From an uncultured Myxococcales bacterium (lineage in GTDB: Bacteria; Myxococcota_A; UBA9042), in NCBI GenBank assembly GCA_903896545.1, contig CAITYF010000197.1, forward strand, positions 11,665 to 75,664: DNA of 64,000 nt, written 5' to 3'. The translations under genes and the position numbers were made by a program. The notes under the pieces were generated by a model. The model was not told where the DNA came from, ran no database searches, and saw nothing but the letters and a program-made list of their open reading frames with translations. The stretch's first letter is position 1. Each line of letters opens with the position of its first letter. This document shows, piece after piece, positions 19,816 through 27,692 of this stretch.

Positions 19816-19930
19816 GTCTCGCCTCGCCAGTTGCCGCGCGTTTGGCGCCGACCGTGACTCTGCGCTGGCCCGTGGCCTTTGGTCAAGGGCTAGCGATGTC
19901 TCGCTCGGATTCATGTGTAATATCATGAAG

Positions 19931-19952
19931 TAGACAGAGCCTTAGGCTATTG
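19931..19952. repeat. REP-like palindromic motif copy (GACAGAGCCTTAGGCTATTG)
   Basis: Near-palindrome centred on GCCTTAGGC, lying ~30 nt upstream of conserved leader 1. Confidence 0.5.
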
Positions 19953-19980
19953 CGCACCAACGCGTATAGTACAAACACAC

Positions 19981-20082
19981 CACCCCAAATTGGTGCCACC
20001 GACCCTGCATTTTGGCCAATCGTGCCAATATCGCCCACCGCCATTGGCGCGTACCTTGTGTATCAGGAAGTCCGCTGGACGC
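19981..20082 (+). promoter_or_regulatory. Conserved ~100-nt 5' leader/promoter module of small gene 1 (candidate sigma-54-like element TGGCGCGTACCTTGTG)
   Basis: Near-identical blocks shared with 22234-22335: CACCCCAAATTGGTG (15/15) and TTGGCGCGTA(C/T)CTTGTGTATCAGGAAGTCCGCTGGACGC (39/40). GGAGG lies 6 nt before the ATG. Confidence 0.5.
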
Positions 20083-20134
20083 AGCCACCAACGGGCAGCA
20101 GAACCCACGCGGCAGAAACACTCGGAGGCACATC

Positions 20135-20404
20135 ATGGACACGCACTTCACCAGCCAACTCTTCCTCAGCATCCTCTTCTTCGCGCCGGGCATGGTCCTC
20201 TTCGCGGGCGTCGCGTTTGTCGGTGGTTTGATGCTGCTCGAAAAGGCCTTCGACCACACCGATACGGAACTCGGGTTGGTCGTGCCTCAAGGCGCTGTCG
20301 ACTTCGCCGCGACGGGCAATCCCGGTCCAGGTCGAATCGTCAACGCGCTGAAGACCAGCATGAACCAGACGGACAAAAAGCCGCAGCGCAAGGTCCATAA
20401 CTAG
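20135..20404 (+). CDS. Small protein P1 (89 aa), paralogue of P2; N-terminal hydrophobic segment and a basic C-terminal tail
   Basis: MDTHFTSQLFLSILFFAPGMVLFAGVAFVGGLMLLEK...NPGPGRIVNALK...KKPQRKVHN. It has its own RBS and a U-tract terminator. Confidence 0.7.
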   Translation: MDTHFTSQLFLSILFFAPGMVLFAGVAFVGGLMLLEKAFDHTDTELGLVVPQGAVDFAATGNPGPGRIVNALKTSMNQTDKKPQRKVHN

Positions 20405-20422
20405 CCCGCGCGGTATCTGCTT

Positions 20423-20467
20423 GCAGGCAGCCGCGCACTTCTCCGCGGGTGCCTGCGGCTTTTTTTG
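20423..20467 (+). terminator. Rho-independent terminator after P1
   Basis: GCAGGCAGCCGCG / CGCGGGTGCCTGC stem (12 of 13 bp paired), 8-nt loop, then GGC and a T7 tract. Confidence 0.7.
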
Positions 20468-20857
20468 GCGACAGTTGCTCAGCCCACTGACCAGCCCGCC
20501 GGTTGTCGTCGGCAGGTACGGCGAAAGGTTCGACTGCGGCGCCTACCAGTTCAGTCCCACGTGGAGGTCGGCGCGCGAAGGGTCGGGTTTTCCAACTGCG
20601 CGAGCCATCTGCCCACGCTCCACTGTCGCGAAGCCTTGGCATCGGCCTCCCCCCGTCCGGGTTCGTCGATGAGCGCGACGATGCTCAAGATTCACGTTTC
20701 GCATCACTCCCCTCGATGCGAGGCATATGCGTAGAGCGCTTTTGCTGGCTCTAACCTCTTATGTTTACATGCTATTGTGTGATTTGACGCGTCCAGCCCT
20801 CCGGTTCACACTGGGCGCCAAGTCCCGTGCGATGCCCGTGACGATGCTGGAGAGTCA

Positions 20858-22087
20858 ATGAGCGGCAAGATCGCAGCAGTTGCGCGCCCTGATGGTTTCG
20901 CGCGGACAAAAACGCTGCATGTGCGTACGGGCTACGTGTGCCAAAACGACTGCCTCTTCTGCTGCGATGGCGGCGGTGGTGTACACGGAACAGCGCAGGA
21001 GTCGCCGTTCGTCCGCCAGATGCTGGAAAAGAACGTGGGCTTGGGGTGTGTCGAGTTTACTGCTCACGAACCCACGCTGAATCCCAACTTGCCGCAGTGG
21101 GCGACCTGGGCGCGCGAATTGGGCTACCCGATCGTGTCTGTCGTGACCAATGGCCGGCTGTTGCGCCGCGGCGACCTTTTGCAGCGCCTTCTGGACGCCG
21201 GCATCAACCGCATTCAAATCTCGTTGCACGGGCATTACGCTGGGTTGCACGACCAGATGACGCAGCGCCTCGGCAGTTTTGACGACACTGTGGCGGGAAT
21301 CCGCGCAGTCGTGGCCGCGCGCCTCGATCGCCCCGGATTGACGTTGCACGTGCACACAACAGTGACACAGCACAATGTGCACGAGCTGAGCAACATCATT
21401 CCCTATGTGCTCGCGTCCAAACCGGACACGTACGGGCTCAACTGCGTGTTTTTGACCGCGTCGGCGGAGCACAACATCGGTGAAACGGCGGTCAGCTATG
21501 CGGAGATCGTGGCAGAACTGCTGCGGTGCCTGCCGTCGACGCGTCGTGACCCGATCTTCGTCAGTGAGATCCCAATTTGTCAGGTTGTGGGCAAACTGGC
21601 GCCGGACTATTTTGGCCTGCGGGAAGGCTTTCACCTGTCGCAGGACGCCGATGCCACGGCGCAAGCCGTTGGGCGAGGCTTTGATTTTGGTCCACGCTGC
21701 GGTGAATGTGCGCTGCGCAACGCGTGTGACGGCGTACCACCGGCGTACGTGGCGCGGTTTGGATGGGACGCGTTTCAACCGGTGACGCAGGAAAGTTTGG
21801 CACGTGCGACGGACGACACGCGCCGCGACTTGCGCCATTTGCTGGCCGCACCAGCGGGCGAGTGGACCATCGTTGGATTGGAGCCGCGCGACGGGTACAC
21901 AACAGTCCGTTTGCAAAGTGCTAAGCTTATTCGGGATTTGTCGGTGCAGGTTCGCCCGCGCGACGACGCGTTCCCCGCCTTCGCGCGGACGGAGACGCTG
22001 AACATCACGCTCGCCGGTCCGTACCAAAGCAAGGACGAGATTTTGCTCGCGCGCAAGCTGCTCGACGTGGTGCGTTCGCGGGAGTAG
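20858..22087 (+). CDS. Radical SAM enzyme with a C-terminal twitch / partial-SPASM-like Cys cluster and a ~110-aa C-terminal extension
   Basis: CQNDCLFC (Cx3Cx2C) at residues ~28-35, a TIM-barrel-like core, a later CGECALRNAC (Cx2Cx5C), plus upstream Cys at RCLP and IPIC. Confidence 0.8.
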   Translation: MSGKIAAVARPDGFARTKTLHVRTGYVCQNDCLFCCDGGGGVHGTAQESPFVRQMLEKNVGLGCVEFTAHEPTLNPNLPQWATWARELGYPIVSVVTNGRLLRRGDLLQRLLDAGINRIQISLHGHYAGLHDQMTQRLGSFDDTVAGIRAVVAARLDRPGLTLHVHTTVTQHNVHELSNIIPYVLASKPDTYGLNCVFLTASAEHNIGETAVSYAEIVAELLRCLPSTRRDPIFVSEIPICQVVGKLAPDYFGLREGFHLSQDADATAQAVGRGFDFGPRCGECALRNACDGVPPAYVARFGWDAFQPVTQESLARATDDTRRDLRHLLAAPAGEWTIVGLEPRDGYTTVRLQSAKLIRDLSVQVRPRDDAFPAFARTETLNITLAGPYQSKDEILLARKLLDVVRSRE

Positions 22088-22120
22088 GGCCGTCAATTCG
22101 CCTCAAACGGGTGGCGCGTA

Positions 22121-22139
22121 CATTGCCTAAGGCTTTGTC
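22121..22139. repeat. REP-like palindromic motif copy (CATTGCCTAAGGCTTTGTC)
   Basis: Same motif family, located between the rSAM stop and leader 2. Confidence 0.5.
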
Positions 22140-22233
22140 AGTGCGTTGATCGTAAACACATTTGCACCCATCCGCCGCCTCGCCACGTCCCGCCATGGTG
22201 CATTCGCACCATACGCGTTTGATGCCATCCCCC

Positions 22234-22335
22234 CACCCCAAATTGGTGTCGAAATCCCTACAGATTGGCCATGACGACCACTATTGCCCTGCGGTCTTGG
22301 CGCGTATCTTGTGTATCAGGAAGTCCGCTGGACGC
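22234..22335 (+). promoter_or_regulatory. Conserved 5' leader/promoter module of small gene 2 (paralogue of 19981-20082)
   Basis: Same conserved blocks and the same ~53-nt spacing to the ATG, with a GGAGG RBS. Confidence 0.5.
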
Positions 22336-22388
22336 CGCCGGGAAGCGGCGGCAAGCCCAAGCGGCAAGAAACCCTCTGGAGGCTCATC

Positions 22389-22658
22389 ATGGAAACCAAC
22401 TACACCACTCAACTCGCTCTCAGCATCCTCTTCTTCGCCCCTGGCATCATCCTCTTCGCTGGCTTGGCCTTCGTCGGTGTGCTGATGATTCTGGAAAAGA
22501 CCGTCTTCCAGGCGCAGGCGACGAACGTGCTGACGAACGGTGGCTTGCACATCGAACTGCCCGCGAACGCGAACCCGGCGCCGGGTGCCATCGTCACGGC
22601 GCTCAAGGATGCGCAACAGCCGGTCGAGCAGAAGAAACAGCGCAAAGCGCATCAATAA
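22389..22658 (+). CDS. Small protein P2 (89 aa), paralogue of P1
   Basis: METNYTTQLALSILFFAPGIILFAGLAFVGVLMILEK...NPAPGAIVTALK...QKKQRKAHQ. Identical in length to P1, with conserved N- and C-terminal thirds and a divergent middle. Confidence 0.7.
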   Translation: METNYTTQLALSILFFAPGIILFAGLAFVGVLMILEKTVFQAQATNVLTNGGLHIELPANANPAPGAIVTALKDAQQPVEQKKQRKAHQ

Positions 22659-22679
22659 CAAGTGATTTGTCGCCATACA

Positions 22680-22724
22680 CAGGCCGTCGCGTCTCCTCCG
22701 CGGCGGCCTGTCGCGTTTTTTTTT
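22680..22724 (+). terminator. Rho-independent terminator after P2
   Basis: CAGGCCGTCGCG / CGCGGCGGCCTG stem (11 of 12 bp paired), 7-nt loop, T9 tract. Confidence 0.7.
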
Positions 22725-22728
22725 GCCG

Positions 22729-23712
22729 TCAATTCGGCTCGATTCCGCGCGCTGCGTTGACCTGCGTGCGGGCCACCAGCGCGTTGTCCAGATTGTAGGT
22801 CATGATGACGTCAAAGCCCGCGTCCCAGAGCGCCACGTGGTCGGCGGGCGTCGGCAGGTGAATGGAGGACACGAAGCCGCGCAGCCCCGCGGGATGAATC
22901 TTCTTGCTGAGCAGATCCGCCATCTTCGCGTTCGCTGCTTCCTGATAGTCTACGCCGATCTCCAAGAACGCCACAACTGGCTTCGCGCTGGATTGCAGCA
23001 CGGCGTCCAACTCGGCCTCCGACGACACCGACGCGTTGTACCAAGTCTTTTGCCAGTCCGCCGACTTCGGCACCGCGGTCTGCAGGTCGCCCAAGCCTGT
23101 CTCCAGAAAGACGTAGTCCAGCGCGTTGTGCTCGATCACCGTCTGAATTGCGCGCGGAAAGTCCACCGGTTCCTTGACGGTCAGCATGATGACGACCTTG
23201 CCGCGCGCCCACTCCAGCACTGTATCCAGCCGCTGGAACGTCTGCGTGTCTGACGGGAAAATGTGGCATTTGGTCACTTGGTCGGCAGTCGAATCTTCCA
23301 CGACAAGTCCCGCGCAATCGGTCGTCTCGTAGCCCAAGAGCGGGCTCGAATGCGTCACGACGGCGACGTTGTCTTTGGTCACGTGGACGTCCGTCTTGAT
23401 GCCGTCGGCGCCTTTGTCGGCCGCTCGATGGAATGCGCCCTCCGAGTCGTACGGAAAGTCTTCGATACTCCAGTCGCCGCCGTGGCTGATGACGAACGCG
23501 CGCTTGCAGTTCAAGTCGTTCCAGCAGACTTTGAGCGAGTCGCGCCATGTGGGTCCGGTCGTCGTCGTTGTGTCGCTTGCAGTGTCCACGCTCGTCGTTG
23601 TGTCCGCCGTCGCATCGGCGTTCGCCATTGTGTCGGTTGACGTCGCGGTTGGCCCCGTGCCGCACGCAGCGAGCGCAAACGAGGTTGCAAAGGCAAGGTT
23701 TTGGAAGTTCAT
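22729..23712 (-). CDS. Glycerophosphodiester phosphodiesterase (GDPD) family lipoprotein
   Basis: Lipobox FALAACGT, a Thr/Asp-rich linker, then VISHGGDWSIEDFPYDSEGAFHRAADKGADGIKTDVHVTKDN (GDPD-type His/Glu/Asp motifs). Confidence 0.65.
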   Translation of the reverse strand: MNFQNLAFATSFALAACGTGPTATSTDTMANADATADTTTSVDTASDTTTTTGPTWRDSLKVCWNDLNCKRAFVISHGGDWSIEDFPYDSEGAFHRAADKGADGIKTDVHVTKDNVAVVTHSSPLLGYETTDCAGLVVEDSTADQVTKCHIFPSDTQTFQRLDTVLEWARGKVVIMLTVKEPVDFPRAIQTVIEHNALDYVFLETGLGDLQTAVPKSADWQKTWYNASVSSEAELDAVLQSSAKPVVAFLEIGVDYQEAANAKMADLLSKKIHPAGLRGFVSSIHLPTPADHVALWDAGFDVIMTYNLDNALVARTQVNAARGIEPN

Positions 23713-24053
23713 GCGAATCTCTCGGCGCAGACATCGGTCTGTCACCGAAGCGTAGAATTCCCGTCATCAAAAGGCTACTGCAGGGTCGACCGCGTCATCT
23801 TCATCAGGGCGTGGAACGCGATGGCGTGCCCTCACTTGACGCCGTGATCGTGTGCCGGGAACCGAGTGCCGTGGTGGGGCTGCTGCCCTCGACGCCAAGA
23901 ATTCCAAGCGGTGGTCGCGCTCGTCGCGCGCGAACTCGCTCGTGGCCGGGCAAGCCCCGCGATGCCGACATCTGGCGTGTGACGGGAATTTGACCGTGTC
24001 ATGACAAAACAACGACGATTGTGCTGCGGCGGAGGGCTGCGGAGGCACCAGGC

Positions 24054-24938
24054 ATGGCGCGAAAGACCGTTTGGTTGGGACTTGCAGTGGCGCTGCTGGG
24101 ATGTACGACGACAGCGTCAAAGGCGGCTGTACCACCGGAACCATGCAACGGCGCGGTGGAACTGTGCGAACGGCGCTTGAACGAGGTCGCACTGGCAGGC
24201 GCGCACAACGCGATGTCCAACTTGGATGAAGGCTGGAACTTCGCCAATCAACAGCATGGACTCTTGACGCAGCTGGACGACGGTATCCGCGCATTCCTCA
24301 TTGACGCACACCCGGCTGACGAGAACACGCCGGATCAGCCGGCGGGCAAGGCGATGCTCTGCCACGGTCTCTGCCAACTTGGCTACGAGCCGCTGGACGC
24401 TGCGCTTACCAAGATGAAGAAGTGGCTCGACGCGCATCCGCGCGAAGTGATTGTGTTTGTCATTGAGGACTACGTCTCGGAACAGGCGATCACAGACGCG
24501 CTCACGTCGTCCGGTCTGCTGGCGCTGTGTCTGCACCAGCCGCGCGACCAGCCGTTCCCGACGCTGCAGGCGCTGATCGACGCCAACACGCGCGTGTTCA
24601 TCATGCTGGAGTCGGGCGGCGGGCCTGCCCCGTGGCATCACGGGTACCAGGACTACGCCCAGGACAATCCGTATTCGGCTGAAAAAGTCGCGGATTTTTC
24701 GTGCGATCGGCTGCGCGGCAAGGCGGGCAATCCGCTGTTGCTGATCAACCATTTTCTGACCGCGGGGCTGACCGGGCACGAAGAACTCGCCACGCAGGCG
24801 AACGCTGAGCCCGGACTAAGCGCGCACGTGCAGCAATGTCAGAAACAGTTTGGTCAACTCCCCAACATCGTTGCGCTGGACTGGTACCACGTGGGCGGGC
24901 TGATGCCACTGGTGCGTAAGCTGAACGGCTTGCCGTAG
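24054..24938 (+). CDS. PI-PLC X-domain-like phosphodiesterase lipoprotein
   Basis: Lipobox LLGCTT. LAGAHNAMSN and FLIDAH match the PLC-like phosphodiesterase X-box catalytic histidines. Confidence 0.6.
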   Translation: MARKTVWLGLAVALLGCTTTASKAAVPPEPCNGAVELCERRLNEVALAGAHNAMSNLDEGWNFANQQHGLLTQLDDGIRAFLIDAHPADENTPDQPAGKAMLCHGLCQLGYEPLDAALTKMKKWLDAHPREVIVFVIEDYVSEQAITDALTSSGLLALCLHQPRDQPFPTLQALIDANTRVFIMLESGGGPAPWHHGYQDYAQDNPYSAEKVADFSCDRLRGKAGNPLLLINHFLTAGLTGHEELATQANAEPGLSAHVQQCQKQFGQLPNIVALDWYHVGGLMPLVRKLNGLP

Positions 24939-24953
24939 CGTCCGACGGCGATC

Positions 24954-26480
24954 TTGACCAGAGCGTTGCCGCAACGCACTCTGGGCCTGCAATCGGGACG
25001 CTTCCGCCCCGCGCACGGGATCATGGCCGCTAGCACGCCCTTGCCGTTGCACGATTCACGCGACCGTTGGCCGTTGTGGCTGTTCTGCTTGTTGGCGGCA
25101 CCGCTTCTTGTCAACCGGTTGGGACCAGAATTTCTGGACGCGGACACGCTGCTTTCGTCGCTCATGTCGACGCAAAAGGTCACGCTTTTCTACTGGGGGC
25201 AGGAACGCTTGGCCAACGTGCTGCCGTTTATGCTCGCGCCCGTCACCGATCTGGCGCGGAATCAATGGCTGCAGATGACGGCGAACGCCGCGGCGTACCT
25301 GCTGCTTTTGGAAGCGCTGACGCACGTGGCGTGCCAACTGGACGACGCGCCGCCGCCCCGGCTGTACCGACACGTCCTGTTCGCGCTACTCGTGGCGCTG
25401 CCATTCCTCTTCCTTCGGCCTTTTGCGTTGTACCAATTCACGGTCGCGGCTCAGCCCTATTCGCTGTCCTTTCTGTGTCTGACGTGGGCTGCGCTGGCGT
25501 GGCGTCGCCGCGTCGAACAGCCGCTGTTCTGGGTCGCCTGCGGGCCCGCACTTGTCGTGGCCGTCGGGCTCAATCCCGCCGTCTTGCTTCTTGTCGTCGC
25601 GCTTGTCGCGTGGCAGCACCGGGCGGGAAAAGGCCGCGGTTGGATCGGGTTCTTCGTGCTCACGCTGAGCATTTTTGTTGTCTGGACGTTCTTGTCGGTG
25701 ACCTACCCGCTGCGCTCGCCGGCGTCATTCATGACGTTCGCGCCTCAAGGCGTTCCCGCCGCGCTGCGGGCGTCGGCGGGCGAGATCGCCCACGAAGCGC
25801 TGCGTCTGCGGGTCGTGGCGCTTGGCGGTATCGCGGTGACCGTCGCGTGGCCGCAATTGGGGCTGCAGCAGCGCCGGGCAACCCTTTCTGCAATAGCCTT
25901 AGGCTTTGTCTGGTCGTTGTTTTTCTTGACGAATCTCTGGGTTCAACGCAACTCAGCCGCCTTCCGCTACTTCATGCCGCTCATCTTCGCCCCCGTGGTT
26001 TGCACGGCTCTCGCGCTCGCCCACCTGTGCTTTCAGCGGCGCACCGTGTGGCGCGCGCGAGTCGTCCTTCTCGCCTCCACCCTCGTTTTCGCGGGCTTCT
26101 GCGTACGACCCTGGACGCCGCTCGCCTCGTACCACCTCTTCCGGCCCGCCCGCACACCGTTGGCGACGGCGCAACGCCATCAGATCCGCTACTTCGCGGG
26201 TGACTACTGGACCGTCTGGCCCGTAATTTTCCAACTTCGTCTGCAAGGCCATGACGCTCTCGGCGCGTTTTCGCGCGGGATCGCGATGCAAGCGGAGATC
26301 ATGGCTGCGCTTCACAAGGACCAAATCGTGCAGCCACGGACGCTGGCGCAGTGCATCAGTAAGCCGCTGCCGACCTGTCAGGAGCAGCTCGAGAAGGTGA
26401 CGCGGACGTCCTGGCGTCTGGCCGATGTGCCGCCGGAAGGTGAAAGCATCTTTCTGACCCCGGCCACGCCTCCGCTCTAA
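24954..26480 (+). CDS. Polytopic integral membrane protein (more than 10 predicted TM segments; possibly GT-C-like glycosyltransferase fold)
   Basis: Long hydrophobic stretches throughout. The exact start is uncertain (alternative M at ~25023). The stop codon TAA coincides with the end of the 144-bp repeat. Confidence 0.6.
   Translation: MTRALPQRTLGLQSGRFRPAHGIMAASTPLPLHDSRDRWPLWLFCLLAAPLLVNRLGPEFLDADTLLSSLMSTQKVTLFYWGQERLANVLPFMLAPVTDLARNQWLQMTANAAAYLLLLEALTHVACQLDDAPPPRLYRHVLFALLVALPFLFLRPFALYQFTVAAQPYSLSFLCLTWAALAWRRRVEQPLFWVACGPALVVAVGLNPAVLLLVVALVAWQHRAGKGRGWIGFFVLTLSIFVVWTFLSVTYPLRSPASFMTFAPQGVPAALRASAGEIAHEALRLRVVALGGIAVTVAWPQLGLQQRRATLSAIALGFVWSLFFLTNLWVQRNSAAFRYFMPLIFAPVVCTALALAHLCFQRRTVWRARVVLLASTLVFAGFCVRPWTPLASYHLFRPARTPLATAQRHQIRYFAGDYWTVWPVIFQLRLQGHDALGAFSRGIAMQAEIMAALHKDQIVQPRTLAQCISKPLPTCQEQLEKVTRTSWRLADVPPEGESIFLTPATPPL
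25891..25910. repeat. REP-like palindromic motif copy (CAATAGCCTTAGGCTTTGTC) inside the coding sequence
   Basis: 20-nt match to the motif family, lying within the membrane-protein ORF (it encodes SAIALGFV). Confidence 0.4.
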
Positions 26481-26620
26481 ACATGCCTGCCAACACTGGA
26501 GATCAAATGCTGAACACTTGGTGGGCATGTTTAGGCTGCTAGCAGGGGCGCCAAGCTCGCGTCCGTGCAGGTCGACTCGCGGCGACACAAGATATTGGGC
26601 TCCGAGTCAATGCAGGGATG
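26477..26620 (-). repeat. 144-bp MITE-like repeat, copy 1 (inverted relative to copies 2 and 3)
   Basis: 92-96% identical to 47826-47969 and 60959-61102. It contains a 9-bp stem AAACATGCC/GGCATGTTT, and its terminal CTAAACATGCC supplies the stop codon of the upstream gene. Confidence 0.8.
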
Positions 26621-26735
26621 GAGAGCGTCTGGGGCCCGTACACCCCAATTTGTGCGCGCTTGGCGCGGATTCGTTGACGCTCCGGTTACAAATGCACACC
26701 ATATCGCGGGGCGCGAGGCTGCGCCGCACAGGGCC

Positions 26736-27674
26736 ATGGCTCCAGCGCACGCCACTCATCGACCAGAAACACGCCGGCCCCCGGCCGCTCCGGCGGCTGC
26801 GCCGGTTCGCGCCGAGCGTTCGCCAACCCCGGCAGGCTACGGTGCACAGCGCGAAGCTGTGCGTCCACCGGCTGGGCGAACCGCCGGCGTTGCGCCGGTC
26901 GCGTCTTCCGCGGCTGTTGGCTACGATGCACAGCGCGCAGCGGTTCGTCCTGCTGCCCGCCCCGGTGATCTCGCAGCTGCGACGGCGACGCCACAAGTCG
27001 ACATGCACGACGGATTGCGGCCGGCATTGCACGAAGCCGGTGGCGTTGTGCCGTTCATGAAGGCGATGGCGGGCGGTGGAACGGTAGGCGGCATCGGTCA
27101 CGAGAAGTTCAATACGCTGTGGAACCGCCAGGAAAACGAAGACTGGTTGAAGGACCAGTTCCGCGCCGTCAGCCCGAACATGCACGAGTGGATTCCGTCC
27201 AACCAGATTCAGGCGATCGTGGACAAGGCCAAGACGAGCCACGAAGGCCCGAACTGGATCGACCTGCACAACGAGCTCCGGAGCCCAACGTCCCACGTCA
27301 TCTTCCACCCGGCGGCGTCGAGTCATGAAGCGCCGGACGGGACGCTGGTGCTGCACGGCCACGTGGGCGCGATCTATTTGGGCAGTACGCCCCAGATCAA
27401 GGCGCAAGGCACCTTCCACGACGAGTTGCGTGAGACGTTCCTGAGCGCGCCGGACGTGGCGACCGCGGTGGAAGGGCTGAAGACGGTGATGAAGAAGTGG
27501 GTCTGGGATGGCTCGCCGCTGCCCAAGCCGCTGTCGGGCGCGCTGAAGGACAGCATGGGGCGGCCGATCGACGCACAGGCGCTGATGGCCGATCGCTCCG
27601 CGCACTTCACCGATATGCACACGATGTTCGACGCTTTGAAGGCCAAGTACGGCCAGAAGCGCCCCGGCAAGTAG
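26736..27674 (+). CDS. Hypothetical protein with an Arg/Pro/Ala-rich repetitive N-terminal region and a globular C-terminal domain
   Basis: Coding-like C-terminal 230 aa (GHEKFNTLWNRQENEDWLKDQF...). The N-terminus contains the imperfect repeat PAGYGAQREAVRPPAGR / AVGYDAQRAAVRPAARP. The start is uncertain. Confidence 0.45.
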   Translation: MAPAHATHRPETRRPPAAPAAAPVRAERSPTPAGYGAQREAVRPPAGRTAGVAPVASSAAVGYDAQRAAVRPAARPGDLAAATATPQVDMHDGLRPALHEAGGVVPFMKAMAGGGTVGGIGHEKFNTLWNRQENEDWLKDQFRAVSPNMHEWIPSNQIQAIVDKAKTSHEGPNWIDLHNELRSPTSHVIFHPAASSHEAPDGTLVLHGHVGAIYLGSTPQIKAQGTFHDELRETFLSAPDVATAVEGLKTVMKKWVWDGSPLPKPLSGALKDSMGRPIDAQALMADRSAHFTDMHTMFDALKAKYGQKRPGK

Positions 27675-27692
27675 CCGCACCGGAGTTTCTGG

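Noticed and set aside
20421-20857. Possible additional small gene or tRNA in the 450-nt gap between P1 and the rSAM gene
   Set aside because: Only low-complexity ORFs are present (for example 20465-20734). There is no tRNA-like T-loop (GTTCGAATC) or cloverleaf. The gap more likely holds the P1 terminator and the rSAM promoter (AT-rich patch near 20750-20790).
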